From: Treponemataceae bacterium
GTDB taxonomy: Bacteria; Spirochaetota; Spirochaetia; Treponematales; Rectinemataceae
Reading direction: 5' to 3'
Assembly (NCBI GenBank): GCA_963678065.2
Contig: CAXXVZ010000003.1
Location: 1,536,001-1,600,000, forward strand
Length of the DNA: 64,000 bases
Made by a program: the position numbers and the translations under genes. The notes beneath the pieces were generated by a model. That model worked only from the letters and a program-made list of their open reading frames with translations. It had not been told where the DNA came from and searched no databases. Shown in pieces: positions 28,283-38,747 of this stretch (the first letter of the stretch is position 1; each line of letters starts with the position of its first letter).

Positions 28283-28439
28283 AAGCTGCGTAATCCCGCG
28301 CGCGACTGACAGGACAGTCAGACCTGAAAGTCCTGCCGGACTAAAGCCCGGCAGATAGCGTCGTAAAGTATGAGTTGCCGATCAGCGTTCAGGTCCCTTT
28401 GCTGGCGATGACCGCAGTCCCCGCGCTGTCAGACAGCTT
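28283..28439. other. Nested inverted-repeat intergenic element (structured RNA or MITE/REP-derived)
   Basis: Paired arms AAGCTG/CAGCTT, GCGCG/CGCGC, GACTG/CAGTC, GACCTGAA/TTCAGGTC; inner CTGCCGG/CCGGCAG hairpin. Confidence 0.45.
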
Positions 28440-28485
28440 CAATCGCCGGAAGCATTCTTGCGCGATGTAATGGTATAGTGGAGGC

Positions 28486-29088
28486 ATGAAACCGATGGCT
28501 GAACCCGCAAAGGCCCTTTCGGGCACATTCACGTATGGCGATTACCGGACCTGGCCCGATGGCGAGCGATGGGAACTCATCGACGGCGTAGCCTATGACA
28601 TGAGCCCCGCCCCGATAATAAAACATCAGAGAATGCTGGGGAGATTATGGGCTGAAATCAGCAGATTCCTGCACGGTAAGCCCTGTGAGCCCTTTTTCGC
28701 TCCCGTCGACGTCCTTTTTCCCCGTCTTGGCCAGACAGACGACGAGGCGGACACGGTCGTCCAGCCCGACATCGTCGTGGTCTGCGATCCCGCGAAGACA
28801 GAGAATGGCAAATTCGTCCGCGGAGCTCCCGATCTCGTCGTCGAGATACTCTCGCCCTCGACATCGAAGAAGGACCTGAACGAGAAGTACCGCCTGTACG
28901 AGCGCGAGGGCGTCCGGGAGTATTGGGCCCTGGAGCCTCGCTCATGCTGGCTCCACCGCTACGTTCTCGGAGAGGACAGGCGCTACGGCGAGGCTCTGGT
29001 GCGCGAAAAGGGCGACGGACTCGGGGTCGCGTCCTCCGCGGTTCTGGCTGGTTTTTCTTTCGACCCCGACTCCATCTTTTCGGACTAA
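28486..29088 (+). CDS. Uma2-family endonuclease-like protein
   Basis: WELIDG, MSPAP, VQPDIVV, APDLVVEILSPST, GVREYW. Confidence 0.9.
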   Translation: MKPMAEPAKALSGTFTYGDYRTWPDGERWELIDGVAYDMSPAPIIKHQRMLGRLWAEISRFLHGKPCEPFFAPVDVLFPRLGQTDDEADTVVQPDIVVVCDPAKTENGKFVRGAPDLVVEILSPSTSKKDLNEKYRLYEREGVREYWALEPRSCWLHRYVLGEDRRYGEALVREKGDGLGVASSAVLAGFSFDPDSIFSD

Positions 29089-29097
29089 AGCCTTCTC

Positions 29098-30582
29098 CTA
29101 TGGCAGCTGCGTCTTTCCCATGAGATGAAGATCGACCGCGCGTGCGGCTTTCCGTCCCTCGCCTATCGCCCAGACGACGAGGCTCTGCCCCCTGCGCATG
29201 TCGCCCGCCGCGAAGACGCCCGGCACGGCGGTCGCGAAGCGCCCGTACTCGGCAGCCGCGTTGCCGCGCGCGTCCTTTCCGACGCCGAAGGCTGAAAGCA
29301 CAGCTTCCTCGGGTCCGAGGAAGCCCATGGCGAGCAATACGAGCGAGGCGGGAATAACACGCTCCGAGCCCTTCTTCTCGACGGGTCCGAATCGGCCCGA
29401 CTTGTCCTTCTTCCACTCGATATCGACGGCGAGAATGCCCTCGAGCTTCCCATCCTTCCCGATGAACTCCTTCACCGTCACGCAGTAGCGGCGCGGGTCC
29501 GAGCCCGTCATCGCGATGACTTCCTCCTGGCCGTAGTCTGTCTTGAGGATCTTGGGCCAGCGGGGCCAGGGATTGTCGGCCGCGCGCGTCTCGGGAGGCT
29601 TCGGCAGGATCTCCAGCTGGATGACGCTTTTGCAGCCCTGGCGCAGGGCGGTGCCGACACAGTCCGTTCCCGTGTCGCCGCCGCCTATGATGACGACATC
29701 GCGCCCCCAGGCCTGGATGAAGTTCCCGTCGCGCTGGTTCGAGTCGAGAAGGCTCTTCGTGCTCCTCGACAGGTACTCCATGGCGAAGTGGACCCCGGAG
29801 AGGTCGCGCCCCGGAACCTGAAGGTCGCGCGGACGTGTCGACCCGCAGGCGAGGACAACCGCGTCGAAATTGGCTTTCAGGGTTTCGGCCGCAAGATCCT
29901 TCCCCACTTCGACCCCCGTCACGAAAGAGACGCCCTCCTCCGCCATGAGGTCGAGCCGTTTTTTCACGAGAGCCTTGTCGAGCTTCATGTTCGGGATGCC
30001 GTACATGAGGATGCCGCCCGCCCTGTCGGCCCTCTCGTAGACGGTGACTGCGTGGCCGGCCCTGTTCAGCTGGTCGGCGCATGCGAGGCCCGATGGACCC
30101 GATCCGACGACGGCAACCTTCTTTCCGCTGCGCGAGGCCGGCGCTTCGGGCTTTATCCAGCCCTCTTCCCAGGCTTTATCGACGATCTCGACCTCGTTCA
30201 GCTTGATCGCTATCGCGGGGTCGTTGATGCCCATGGTGCAGGCGCCCTCGCAGGGAGCGGGGCAGACCCTGCCCGTGAACTCGGGGAAATTGTTGGTGAG
30301 GCGGAGCCGCCTCGCCGCTTCCTGCCAGAGCCCGCGGTAGACGAGGTCGTTCCACTCGGGGATGAGATTGTTGATCGGGCAGCCGGAGACCGCCCCGTCG
30401 TAGAGCACTCCGGAGTGGCAGAAAGGCGTGCCGCAATCCATGCAGCGCGCTGCCTGGACTCTGCGCTCTTCCTCGGTCGCGAAGTTTTCGTGGAATTCCT
30501 TCCAGTCGTTGACCCGCACAAGCGGCGCCCGGTCGGCCGGGACTGCGCGCGCATATTCCATGAACCCGGTTGGTTTGGCCAT
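29098..30582 (-). CDS. gltD: Glutamate synthase small subunit
   Basis: RCMDCGTPFC, GRVCPAPCE, GSGPSG, GDMRRGQSLVVWAI. Confidence 0.96.
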   Translation of the reverse strand: MAKPTGFMEYARAVPADRAPLVRVNDWKEFHENFATEEERRVQAARCMDCGTPFCHSGVLYDGAVSGCPINNLIPEWNDLVYRGLWQEAARRLRLTNNFPEFTGRVCPAPCEGACTMGINDPAIAIKLNEVEIVDKAWEEGWIKPEAPASRSGKKVAVVGSGPSGLACADQLNRAGHAVTVYERADRAGGILMYGIPNMKLDKALVKKRLDLMAEEGVSFVTGVEVGKDLAAETLKANFDAVVLACGSTRPRDLQVPGRDLSGVHFAMEYLSRSTKSLLDSNQRDGNFIQAWGRDVVIIGGGDTGTDCVGTALRQGCKSVIQLEILPKPPETRAADNPWPRWPKILKTDYGQEEVIAMTGSDPRRYCVTVKEFIGKDGKLEGILAVDIEWKKDKSGRFGPVEKKGSERVIPASLVLLAMGFLGPEEAVLSAFGVGKDARGNAAAEYGRFATAVPGVFAAGDMRRGQSLVVWAIGEGRKAARAVDLHLMGKTQLP

Positions 30583-30592
30583 TCCCCGCCTC

Positions 30593-33500
30593 CTAGTTGC
30601 CCGAGACCCGGGAAAGATCCCGGTTGTTCGCCTGGAAAGCCGCCATCAGCGCGGCTTCGCCCGAGAGGCCCTCTTCGCGAACCTTGCGGATCGACTCCCT
30701 CATGCGCTTGAAGTCCCGCGGCATGACCTTCACGAAGCGCTTCAGCGAGCCTTCCCAGCCTGAAAGGATGCGCCTGCCGAGGGCAGACCCCGTCGCCGCG
30801 ACATGCTTCTCGATGAGGGCCTTCAGCTCGGCCGCGTCCTCGGCGTCGCCGAGATCCTCGAGGTCGATCATCTCGCGGTTGCAGCGCGAGCCGAAGTTGC
30901 CGTCGGCGTCGTAGACGTAGGCTATGCCGCCCGACATTCCGGCGCCGAAGTTCCGCCCCGTCGACCCGAGGACGACGACGCGGCCTCCGGTCATGTACTC
31001 GCAGGCGTGGTCGCCCACGCCCTCGACGACAGCCTTCACGCCCGAGTTTCTGACGCAGAAGCGTTCGCCCGCCATGCCTCGCACGTAGGCCTCGCCAGAG
31101 GTCGCCCCGTAGAATCCTACGTTGCCGACAATGATGTTCTCCTCCGGCTTGAACGCGGCTCCGGCGGGTGGATAGACGACGATCTTGCCGCCCGAGAGTC
31201 CCTTGCCGATGTGGTCGTTCGAGTCGCCCTCTATCGACAAGGTGATGCCAGGCGGCAGGAAGGCCCCGAAGCTCTGTCCCGCCGAGCCGACGAATTTGAG
31301 CCGGATCGTGTCCTCGGGCAGGCCCTTCTCGCCGTAGCGCTTCGTGACCTCGGCGCCGAGTATCGTCCCGACGACGCGGTTGACGTTCCGCACCGGGATC
31401 GTCACCGAGACCTTCTCCCCGCGCTCGAGGGCGGGTTCGCAGAGGCGCAGAAGGACGCGCCGGTCCAGGGAATCGTCGAGACTGTGTTCCTGGGCAGCGG
31501 CCTTGTGCCGCCCCCAGCTTTCGGGAACATCGGGGCGGAAGAGGATACGGGAGTAGTCCAGTTTCGCCGTCTTGGCGTTGCCCTCCGCGGGTTCCATGGC
31601 GAGGAGGTCGGAGCGACCGACCATATCCTCGAGCCTGCGGAAGCCGAGCGCGGCCATGTGCTCGCGCAGCTCCTGCGCGATGAAACGCATGAAGTTCTCG
31701 ACGTACTCCGGTTTTCCGGTAAAACGGGCCCTGAGTGCGGGATTCTGGGTCGCTACGCCGACGGGACAGGTGTCGAGGTTGCACACCCGCATCATGACGC
31801 AGCCGAGAACGACGAGGGGAGCCGTCGCGAAGCCGAACTCCTCGGCGCCGAGGAGGGCGGCGATGGCGACGTCGCGGCCCGTCATGAGCTTGCCGTCCGT
31901 CTCCACCGTTATTCTGGACCTGAGATTGTTGAGAAGGAGAGTCTGGTGGGTCTCGGCCAACCCGAGTTCCCAGGGAAGGCCTGTGTGCCTGAGCGAAGTG
32001 CGCGGCGAGGCTCCTGTGCCGCCGTCGTAACCCGAAATCAGGACGACGTCGGCCCGCGCCTTGGTCACGCCGGCCGCGATGGTTCCGACGCCGACTTCCG
32101 ACACGAGCTTGACGGAGATTCTCGCATCGGGGCTCGCGCACTTGAGGTCGTGGATGAGCTCGGAGAGGTCCTCGATCGAGTAGATGTCGTGGTGGGGAGG
32201 CGGGGAGATGAGGCCGACGCCGGGAGTCGAGCGCCTGCACTCGGCTATCCAGGGATAGACCTTGCGCCCGGGCAGCTGTCCGCCCTCGCCGGGCTTGGCT
32301 CCCTGGGCCATCTTGATCTGGATTTCCGTGGCGTTCATGAGATAGTGGCTCGTCACACCGAAGCGTCCCGAAGCTACCTGCTTTATCGAACTTCGCCGGG
32401 AATCTCCGTTCGCGTCGGGGATGTAGCGCGAAGGATCCTCGCCCCCCTCGCCTGAGTTGCTCTTGCCTCCGAGCCGGTTCATGGCGATGGCCATGGCCTC
32501 GTGGGCCTCCTTCGAGATGGAGCCGTAGGACATCGCTCCCGTCTTGAAGCGCTTCACGAGGGATTCGACGGACTCGACCTCGTCGAGCGGTACGGCCTCG
32601 GTCGTCCTGAACTTCATGAGGCTGCGCAGGGTGCACTGTCTGGCCGACTGGTCGTCGATCGAACGCGTATATTCCTTGAAGAGACTGTAATCCCCTTTCC
32701 TGCATGCCATCTGGAGCCTGTGCACGGATTCGGGGTTGTAGAGGTGGTATTCTCCGTCCTTGCGCCACTGCCAGTCGCCGCCCGCGCTCAGCGTGTGGTT
32801 GTGGAGAGCCCGGAGGCCGAAGGCCGCCTCATGCCTCGCTTCGATCTCGGCAGCTACTTCCGCGATGCCGATTCCGCCGATGCGCGATGGCGTGCCAGTG
32901 AAATATTTCTCGATAAACGCTTCGCCCAAGCCCACAGCCTCGAATATCTGGGCGCCCTGGTAGCCCTGGACAGTCGAGATACCCATCTTGGACATGACCT
33001 TGATGATGCCCTTGGTGACCGCCTTCTTGTAGGTCGCGACGGCTTTCTCGTGGGTCGTGTCGGGCAGGAGCCCCGTCTTTATCATGTCGTCGATCGATTC
33101 GAAGACGAGGTAGGGATTGATCGCCGAGACACCGTAGCCGATGAGCATGGCGAAGTGGTGAATTTCCCGGGGTTCTCCAGACTCGAGGACGATGGAGAGC
33201 CTCGTCCGCGTCTCATTGCGGATGAGATGGTGGTGGAGGCCCGATACGGCCAGGAGTGCCGGAATGGGCGCCTTGTCCTTGCCCACGCCGCGGTCGGAGA
33301 GGATGATGATGTTCGCGCCTTCCGCGAAAGCCTTGTCGGCGGCCGCGCAGACAGCGTCCATCGCCTTCTCGAGACCGGCACCGTCCTGTCCGACCGGATA
33401 GAGAATCGGAATTCTGACCGACTTGAAGCCCTCGCGGGAGATGTGCCGCAGCTTGGCGAGTTCGTCGTTGTCGATGAAGGGGCTCGCCAGCTTGATCTGC

Positions 33501-35212
33501 CGTGCGGCCCTCGGAGTCGGATTGATGAGGTCGCCCTCGGAACCTATGAAGGTCTCGGGCCCGATGATGATTTCCTCGCGGATCGCGTCGATCGGAGGAT
33601 TCGTGACCTGCGCGAAAAGCTGCTTGAAGTAATTGTACAAGAGCTGGGGCTTGTCCGAGAGCACGGCGAGCGGCGTGTCGTTGCCCATGGACCCGATGGG
33701 GTCGACACCTTCCTTCACCATCGGCGTGAGGACGAGACGGAGATCTTCGTAGGTGTATCCGAAAGCCTTCTGGCGCTTGAGGACAGATTCATGGTCGGGT
33801 TCGACTCCATGGGGGGAAGGCTGCAGCTCCTCGATGGTGACAAGGTGCTCGTCGAGCCATTCCCGGTAGGGCTTCTCCCCGGCGATGCTCTCCTTGAGCT
33901 CCTCGTCCTCGATGATCCGGCCCTCGGCCGTGTCGATGAGGAGCATGCGGCCGGGCTTGAGTCTCTCCTTGCGGATGATCCTGTCGGCGGGTATGTCGAG
34001 GACGCCGACTTCGGAGGCGAGGATGACCGTGTCGTCGAGGGTGACGTAGTAGCGGGCGGGCCTAAGGCCGTTGCGGTCCAGCACGGCGGCGACCTTGCTG
34101 CCGTCCGTGAAGGCCATGGCGGCGGGGCCATCCCAGGGCTCCATGAGGCTCGCGTGGTATTCGTAGAAGGCCTTCTTGGAATCGCTCATGGATTCGTTGC
34201 CTGACCAGGGCTCCGGAATCATCATCATCATGGCGTGAGGAAGCGAGCGGCCGGTGAGCATGAGAAACTCGAAGCAGTTGTCGAACATGGCCGAATCGGA
34301 GCCGTTCGGGTTGATGATGGGAAGGATGTCGGCGGCATCCCCGCCGAAGAGGTCGGTCTTTATGAGGGATTCGCGGGCGTGCATCCAGTTCACGTTGCCC
34401 CGGAGCGTGTTGATCTCGCCGTTGTGAATGAGGTAGCGGTAGGGATGGGCGCGTATCCAGGTCGGAAAGGTGTTCGTCGAAAAGCGCGAGTGGACGAGGG
34501 CCAGAGCCGACTCGAAGGCCGGATGCGAGAGGTCGAGGAAGAAGGGCTGGACCTGCTCCGAGGTGAGCATGCCCTTGTAGACGATGGTCTTGCAGGAGAG
34601 GCTCGCGAAGTAGCGGTAGTCGGGCGCCGATTCGGGCGCCTCGATGACCGTCTTCTCGACCTTTTTCCGCAGGAGGTAGAGTCTTCGCTCGAAGTCGAGT
34701 TCGGTCGCGAGGCCAGAGGGTTTTCCGAGGAAGAGCTGGCGGATGACCGGCATGACGGAGCGAGAGATGGTTCCGAGAGATGACAGGTCGACGGGCACTG
34801 TCCGCCAGCCGAGGCAGGAGAAGCCCTGGGCCCGGGCCATCTCTTCGATTTCCAGGCAGACGGAGGCCCGTATCGAGGGGTCGCGGGGCAGAAAGGCCAT
34901 TCCGACCGCGTAATCCCCTGCCGCAGGCAGACTGATGCCGGATTCCGGGCAGACCTCGGCGAAGAAACGGTGGGGTATCTGTGTCAGTATTCCGGCGCCA
35001 TCGCCCGAGTTGCGCTCGTAGCCGGCACCACCGCGGTGGCTCATGTTGTTGAGGATCGTGAGCGACTGCGAAATGACGGCGTGGGATTTCCGCCCCTTGA
35101 TGTTGACCGCGAAGCCGATGCCGCAGGCATCATGCTCGTTGGCCGGGTCGTACATGCCCTGTTTCGGAGGATATCCGGGGGAAGGCTGCCCCTCGTCTCG
35201 CGTTTGTCCCAT
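30593..35212 (-). CDS. gltB: Glutamate synthase large subunit
   Basis: [30 protein letters not shown], CxxxxxCxxxxC. Confidence 0.97.
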   Translation of the reverse strand: MGQTRDEGQPSPGYPPKQGMYDPANEHDACGIGFAVNIKGRKSHAVISQSLTILNNMSHRGGAGYERNSGDGAGILTQIPHRFFAEVCPESGISLPAAGDYAVGMAFLPRDPSIRASVCLEIEEMARAQGFSCLGWRTVPVDLSSLGTISRSVMPVIRQLFLGKPSGLATELDFERRLYLLRKKVEKTVIEAPESAPDYRYFASLSCKTIVYKGMLTSEQVQPFFLDLSHPAFESALALVHSRFSTNTFPTWIRAHPYRYLIHNGEINTLRGNVNWMHARESLIKTDLFGGDAADILPIINPNGSDSAMFDNCFEFLMLTGRSLPHAMMMMIPEPWSGNESMSDSKKAFYEYHASLMEPWDGPAAMAFTDGSKVAAVLDRNGLRPARYYVTLDDTVILASEVGVLDIPADRIIRKERLKPGRMLLIDTAEGRIIEDEELKESIAGEKPYREWLDEHLVTIEELQPSPHGVEPDHESVLKRQKAFGYTYEDLRLVLTPMVKEGVDPIGSMGNDTPLAVLSDKPQLLYNYFKQLFAQVTNPPIDAIREEIIIGPETFIGSEGDLINPTPRAARQIKLASPFIDNDELAKLRHISREGFKSVRIPILYPVGQDGAGLEKAMDAVCAAADKAFAEGANIIILSDRGVGKDKAPIPALLAVSGLHHHLIRNETRTRLSIVLESGEPREIHHFAMLIGYGVSAINPYLVFESIDDMIKTGLLPDTTHEKAVATYKKAVTKGIIKVMSKMGISTVQGYQGAQIFEAVGLGEAFIEKYFTGTPSRIGGIGIAEVAAEIEARHEAAFGLRALHNHTLSAGGDWQWRKDGEYHLYNPESVHRLQMACRKGDYSLFKEYTRSIDDQSARQCTLRSLMKFRTTEAVPLDEVESVESLVKRFKTGAMSYGSISKEAHEAMAIAMNRLGGKSNSGEGGEDPSRYIPDANGDSRRSSIKQVASGRFGVTSHYLMNATEIQIKMAQGAKPGEGGQLPGRKVYPWIAECRRSTPGVGLISPPPHHDIYSIEDLSELIHDLKCASPDARISVKLVSEVGVGTIAAGVTKARADVVLISGYDGGTGASPRTSLRHTGLPWELGLAETHQTLLLNNLRSRITVETDGKLMTGRDVAIAALLGAEEFGFATAPLVVLGCVMMRVCNLDTCPVGVATQNPALRARFTGKPEYVENFMRFIAQELREHMAALGFRRLEDMVGRSDLLAMEPAEGNAKTAKLDYSRILFRPDVPESWGRHKAAAQEHSLDDSLDRRVLLRLCEPALERGEKVSVTIPVRNVNRVVGTILGAEVTKRYGEKGLPEDTIRLKFVGSAGQSFGAFLPPGITLSIEGDSNDHIGKGLSGGKIVVYPPAGAAFKPEENIIVGNVGFYGATSGEAYVRGMAGERFCVRNSGVKAVVEGVGDHACEYMTGGRVVVLGSTGRNFGAGMSGGIAYVYDADGNFGSRCNREMIDLEDLGDAEDAAELKALIEKHVAATGSALGRRILSGWEGSLKRFVKVMPRDFKRMRESIRKVREEGLSGEAALMAAFQANNRDLSRVSGN

Positions 35213-35358
35213 TATACCCGCCCGTTTCTCTTGATAGTATCCAGATTCGGCAGTAAAACAGGTATTTGCATAATTGTCAACTATTGTTCAATTTTTACGC
35301 ATATTTATACATTGTTATCGAATCGGATCGAATGGACTTGACGAAAGTCCGTTTAATT

Positions 35359-35377
35359 GATATTGATAATCATTATC
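35359..35377 (+). promoter_or_regulatory. Fur box
   Basis: GATATTGATAATCATTATC, 18/19 match to GATAATGATAATCATTATC, upstream of fur-feoAB. Confidence 0.9.
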
Positions 35378-35427
35378 AATTATCGCGAGGCAGTGAGCTG
35401 GAACCAGGCTCTCATACGGAGGCCGGA

Positions 35428-35892
35428 ATGCAGAACAACGAAAAGTCGGTCCTCGAGGATTATCTCAAAGACCGCGGTCAGAAAATGACGGGCGCGAGAG
35501 AAACCGTGCTCAGGGCCTTCCTTGAAATCGAGCGCCACACGACGGCCGAGGAACTCTACGAGGCGGCGAGGAGCCTCGACCCGGGCATCGGCCAGGCCAC
35601 CGTCTTCCGCACCATCAAGCTTCTCGCCGAGGCGGGACTTGCGAGGGAAGCATGCAGGGACGATGGCGCGAAGCAGTACGAGCACGCCTGGCGCCACGAC
35701 CACCACGACCACCTGGTCTGCGTCGAATGCGGACAAGTCGTCGAGTTCTCGGACGAAGCGATCGAGAAGGCGCAGGAAGCCATCTACAAGGCCTACGGAT
35801 TCTCGCCGAGCGGTCACCGCCTCGAGCTTCTGGGCCGCTGCGCCGACTGCGCCTCGCGCGTCGCCCATCAGCCGGCCCCAGCCGGAATCTGA
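35428..35892 (+). CDS. fur: Ferric uptake regulator family protein
   Basis: ATVFRTI, HHDHLVCVEC, CADC; GGAGG RBS. Confidence 0.88.
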   Translation: MQNNEKSVLEDYLKDRGQKMTGARETVLRAFLEIERHTTAEELYEAARSLDPGIGQATVFRTIKLLAEAGLAREACRDDGAKQYEHAWRHDHHDHLVCVECGQVVEFSDEAIEKAQEAIYKAYGFSPSGHRLELLGRCADCASRVAHQPAPAGI

Positions 35893-35982
35893 CCGGAGAC
35901 ATCGAACTCGCGGCGCGCTGCTGGGGGCGAAACCCGCATGCGAATCAGTGGAGGCCATCCTGAGGCCTCCCGAGGAGATACA

Positions 35983-36264
35983 ATGTTCGTTTCCGAGGCT
36001 CCCCAGGGAGCATCGTTCAGGGTCATCGGCGTGAAACTGGGCGGCGAGGTGGGCAAGCGCCTCGCCGACATGGGCTTCACGGAGGGCGCCGAGGGTTCCG
36101 TAGTCCGCGCGGGCTTCCTGCGCGGGCCTTTCCAGGTGAGGATTCGCGGCTACGACATCCTCATACGGAGGAGCGAGGCTTCGGGAATCGAGGTCGAGCC
36201 GGTGGGCGACTGGGGCGCGACGATTCGACCGCGAGGCCGCGCGGGAGTGTGGGAGACCCGATGA
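35983..36264 (+). CDS. feoA: Ferrous iron transport protein A
   Basis: RLADMGFTEG...GP...IRRSEA. Confidence 0.88.
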   Translation: MFVSEAPQGASFRVIGVKLGGEVGKRLADMGFTEGAEGSVVRAGFLRGPFQVRIRGYDILIRRSEASGIEVEPVGDWGATIRPRGRAGVWETR

Positions 36265-38444
36265 GCGCGGCCACAAAGGACATTATCAGGATAGCCCTCG
36301 CCGGCAATCCCAATTCCGGCAAGACCACCCTCTTCAACGCCCTCACCGGGGCCCACTACAAGGTCGGCAACTATCCTGGAGTCACGGTGGAAAAACGCGA
36401 GGGCAGCCGCGTCCGGAATGAGCGCGAGTACCGCTTCATAGACCTCCCGGGCATCTACAGTCTCACGGCCTACTCCATCGACGAGGTCGTCACTCGTGAC
36501 TTCCTTCTCGACGAGAAGCCCGACCTCATCGTCGACGTCCTCGACTCCACCAACCTCGAACGCCACCTCTACCTCTGCCTCCAGTTCCAGGAGCTCGGCA
36601 TCCCCGTCGTGGGCGCGCTCAACATGACCGACGAGGCCGAGACCAAGGGCATCCGCATCGACGAAAAGCTCCTCTCCTCGGTCCTCGGCGTCCCCATGGC
36701 CAAGACGGTGGGCACGAAAGGAGGCGGGGTCGACGGACTCCTCGATCTCATCGATTCTGTCGCGGACTCTGACCGGAGCCCGCCCCGCCCGGAACGCCGC
36801 ACGACTCAGACTCGCAAAGACCGCTCTCTCCGCTACGGCGACGAAATCGAAGGTCTTCTCGCCCCCATCGAGGCTGCCATCGACTCCGACAGGAACTTCG
36901 CGGCCGGGTATCCGACGAGGTGGCTCGCGGTGAAGCTGCTCGAGAAGGATTCCAACGCGGCTGAACGCCTCTCCGGGCACTGCGAAGCGCAGAAAGTCCG
37001 CGCCCTCGCGGAGGAGGCAGTCCGCTGGATCGAGCGGCACTACGCCAAGGATGCCCAGATCGTCGTCTCCGAGAAGCGATATGGCTACATCCGCGGCGCG
37101 GTCCGCGAAGCCGTATCCGTCGTCAACAAGCCTGATTTCTCCTTCACCGAGGCGGCCGACAGGATCGTGATGAACCGCTTCCTGGCCCTGCCGATATTCG
37201 CCGCCGTCCTCTGGTCGGTCTTCCAGATCACCTTCAGGCTGGGCGCCTTCCCGATGGCCTGGCTACAGGCCTTCTTCGCCTGGCTCTCAGGAGCGGTTTC
37301 GTCCGTCCTCGCGGAGGGCGTTCTCAAATCCCTCATCGTGGACGGCATCATAGCGGGCGTGGGCGGGGTCATGTCCTTCGTTCCCCTCATCATCATCCTC
37401 TTCTTCCTTCTGTCGATACTGGAAGACATCGGCTACATGTCGCGGGCCGCGTTCGCGACCGACAAGCTTCTCCACAGCTTCGGACTGCACGGCCAGTCGA
37501 TCTTTCCCATGATGCTGGGCTTCGGCTGCTCTGTCCCGGCCATCATGGCCGCGCGCACCCTGAAAAGCCCGCGCGACCGCATCGTCACCATCCTCGTCAT
37601 CCCCTTCATGAGCTGCGGGGCCAAGCTCCCTGTCCACGTCCTCCTAGCGGCGGCCTTCTTTCCGAAAAACCCGGCGGCCATGGTCATGCTGGTCTACGCG
37701 ATCGGCGTGGCGCTCGCGCTTCTTTCGGCCCTCCTTCTCAAAAACACGGTTCTGAGAGGCGAGGCGACGCCCTTCGTCATGGAGCTGCCTCCCTACCGCG
37801 CGCCAACTCTGGTCGGCATCTTCTGGCATGTCAGGGAGAAGACTGTGCAGTACCTCAAGAAGGCGGGGACGGTCATCCTCGCCGCCTCGATTCTCATCTG
37901 GGCGATAACCGCCTTCCCGGCGTACAGACCCGACGCGGCCGCGGCCGAAACGCTGCGCTCTACCCTCGCCCTCGAGAATCCCGGCGCCGAGGAGGGCGCC
38001 CTCTCGGCCCTCGTCGACACAGCCATGCAGGAGAAAAAACTGGAGTACAGCCTCGCGGGTCGCATCGGAAAGTTCATCGAGCCGGTATTCCGGCCCCTCG
38101 GCTTCGACTGGAAGATCGGCGTCGCCACTGTCACGGGTTTCGCGGCCAAGGAAGTCGTCGTCTCCACCCTGGCTGTCCTGCATCGGGTCGCGTCCACGGA
38201 GGAAGACCGCGGGCAGGGACTCGCCGAGGCGCTCAGGAAGGATCCGACCTTCAATCCCTTGGTCGCCTTCGTCCTCATGCTCTTCACCCTCCTCATCCCG
38301 CCCTGCTTCGCCGCACTCGCCACGATCCGGGCCGAACTGGGGTGGAAGTGGCTCGGCTTCGCCTTCGCCTTCATGCTTGGGCTGGGGTGGGTGGCGGGGG
38401 CAGCCGTCTACAACATCGGCCTCATCGCCGGGGCGCTCTCGTGA
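36261..38444 (+). CDS. feoB: Ferrous iron transport protein B
   Basis: GNPNSGKT, GNYPGVTV, DLPG, GFGCSVPA, PFMSCGAK. Confidence 0.96.
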   Translation: MSAATKDIIRIALAGNPNSGKTTLFNALTGAHYKVGNYPGVTVEKREGSRVRNEREYRFIDLPGIYSLTAYSIDEVVTRDFLLDEKPDLIVDVLDSTNLERHLYLCLQFQELGIPVVGALNMTDEAETKGIRIDEKLLSSVLGVPMAKTVGTKGGGVDGLLDLIDSVADSDRSPPRPERRTTQTRKDRSLRYGDEIEGLLAPIEAAIDSDRNFAAGYPTRWLAVKLLEKDSNAAERLSGHCEAQKVRALAEEAVRWIERHYAKDAQIVVSEKRYGYIRGAVREAVSVVNKPDFSFTEAADRIVMNRFLALPIFAAVLWSVFQITFRLGAFPMAWLQAFFAWLSGAVSSVLAEGVLKSLIVDGIIAGVGGVMSFVPLIIILFFLLSILEDIGYMSRAAFATDKLLHSFGLHGQSIFPMMLGFGCSVPAIMAARTLKSPRDRIVTILVIPFMSCGAKLPVHVLLAAAFFPKNPAAMVMLVYAIGVALALLSALLLKNTVLRGEATPFVMELPPYRAPTLVGIFWHVREKTVQYLKKAGTVILAASILIWAITAFPAYRPDAAAAETLRSTLALENPGAEEGALSALVDTAMQEKKLEYSLAGRIGKFIEPVFRPLGFDWKIGVATVTGFAAKEVVVSTLAVLHRVASTEEDRGQGLAEALRKDPTFNPLVAFVLMLFTLLIPPCFAALATIRAELGWKWLGFAFAFMLGLGWVAGAAVYNIGLIAGALS

Positions 38445-38683
38445 GCGGGATCGTTCAGGCCGGTGGACAGGCCGGGAACGTGCTCGCCGCCTCTGTCACG
38501 GCGGGCTCATCCACCCTCGAATATCTCGTCGTGGGGCTCGCGGTCGCCGCGGCGGCATATTTTGTCATCAGAAGGATCTTGCGGTCGGTCTCCCAAAAGA
38601 AAGGCCCAGGCCGCGGCTGCGGATGCGGCTGTTCGGGCTGCCCCCAGGCGGGCAGATGCCAGGACAAAACCCGCATCCCGTGA
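38441..38683 (+). CDS. FeoB-associated Cys-rich membrane protein
   Basis: One TM helix followed by GCGCGCSGC; GTGA overlap with feoB. Confidence 0.72.
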   Translation: MSGIVQAGGQAGNVLAASVTAGSSTLEYLVVGLAVAAAAYFVIRRILRSVSQKKGPGRGCGCGCSGCPQAGRCQDKTRIP

Positions 38684-38747
38684 TCCCTTGAGCGCGCGGG
38701 AGACAAACCGCTCCCGGCGCGCTATAAAGCATGTGGAGGCCACCACC

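Noticed and set aside
28283..28439. 6S RNA, tmRNA, SRP RNA or a self-cleaving ribozyme
   Set aside because: The diagnostic motifs were not recognised; kept only as an unassigned structured element
30210..34204. Long alternative-frame and antisense ORFs over gltB (and similar ones over ABC, Se and feo genes)
   Set aside because: Shadow ORFs typical of high-GC coding DNA; Arg/Pro-rich with no motifs
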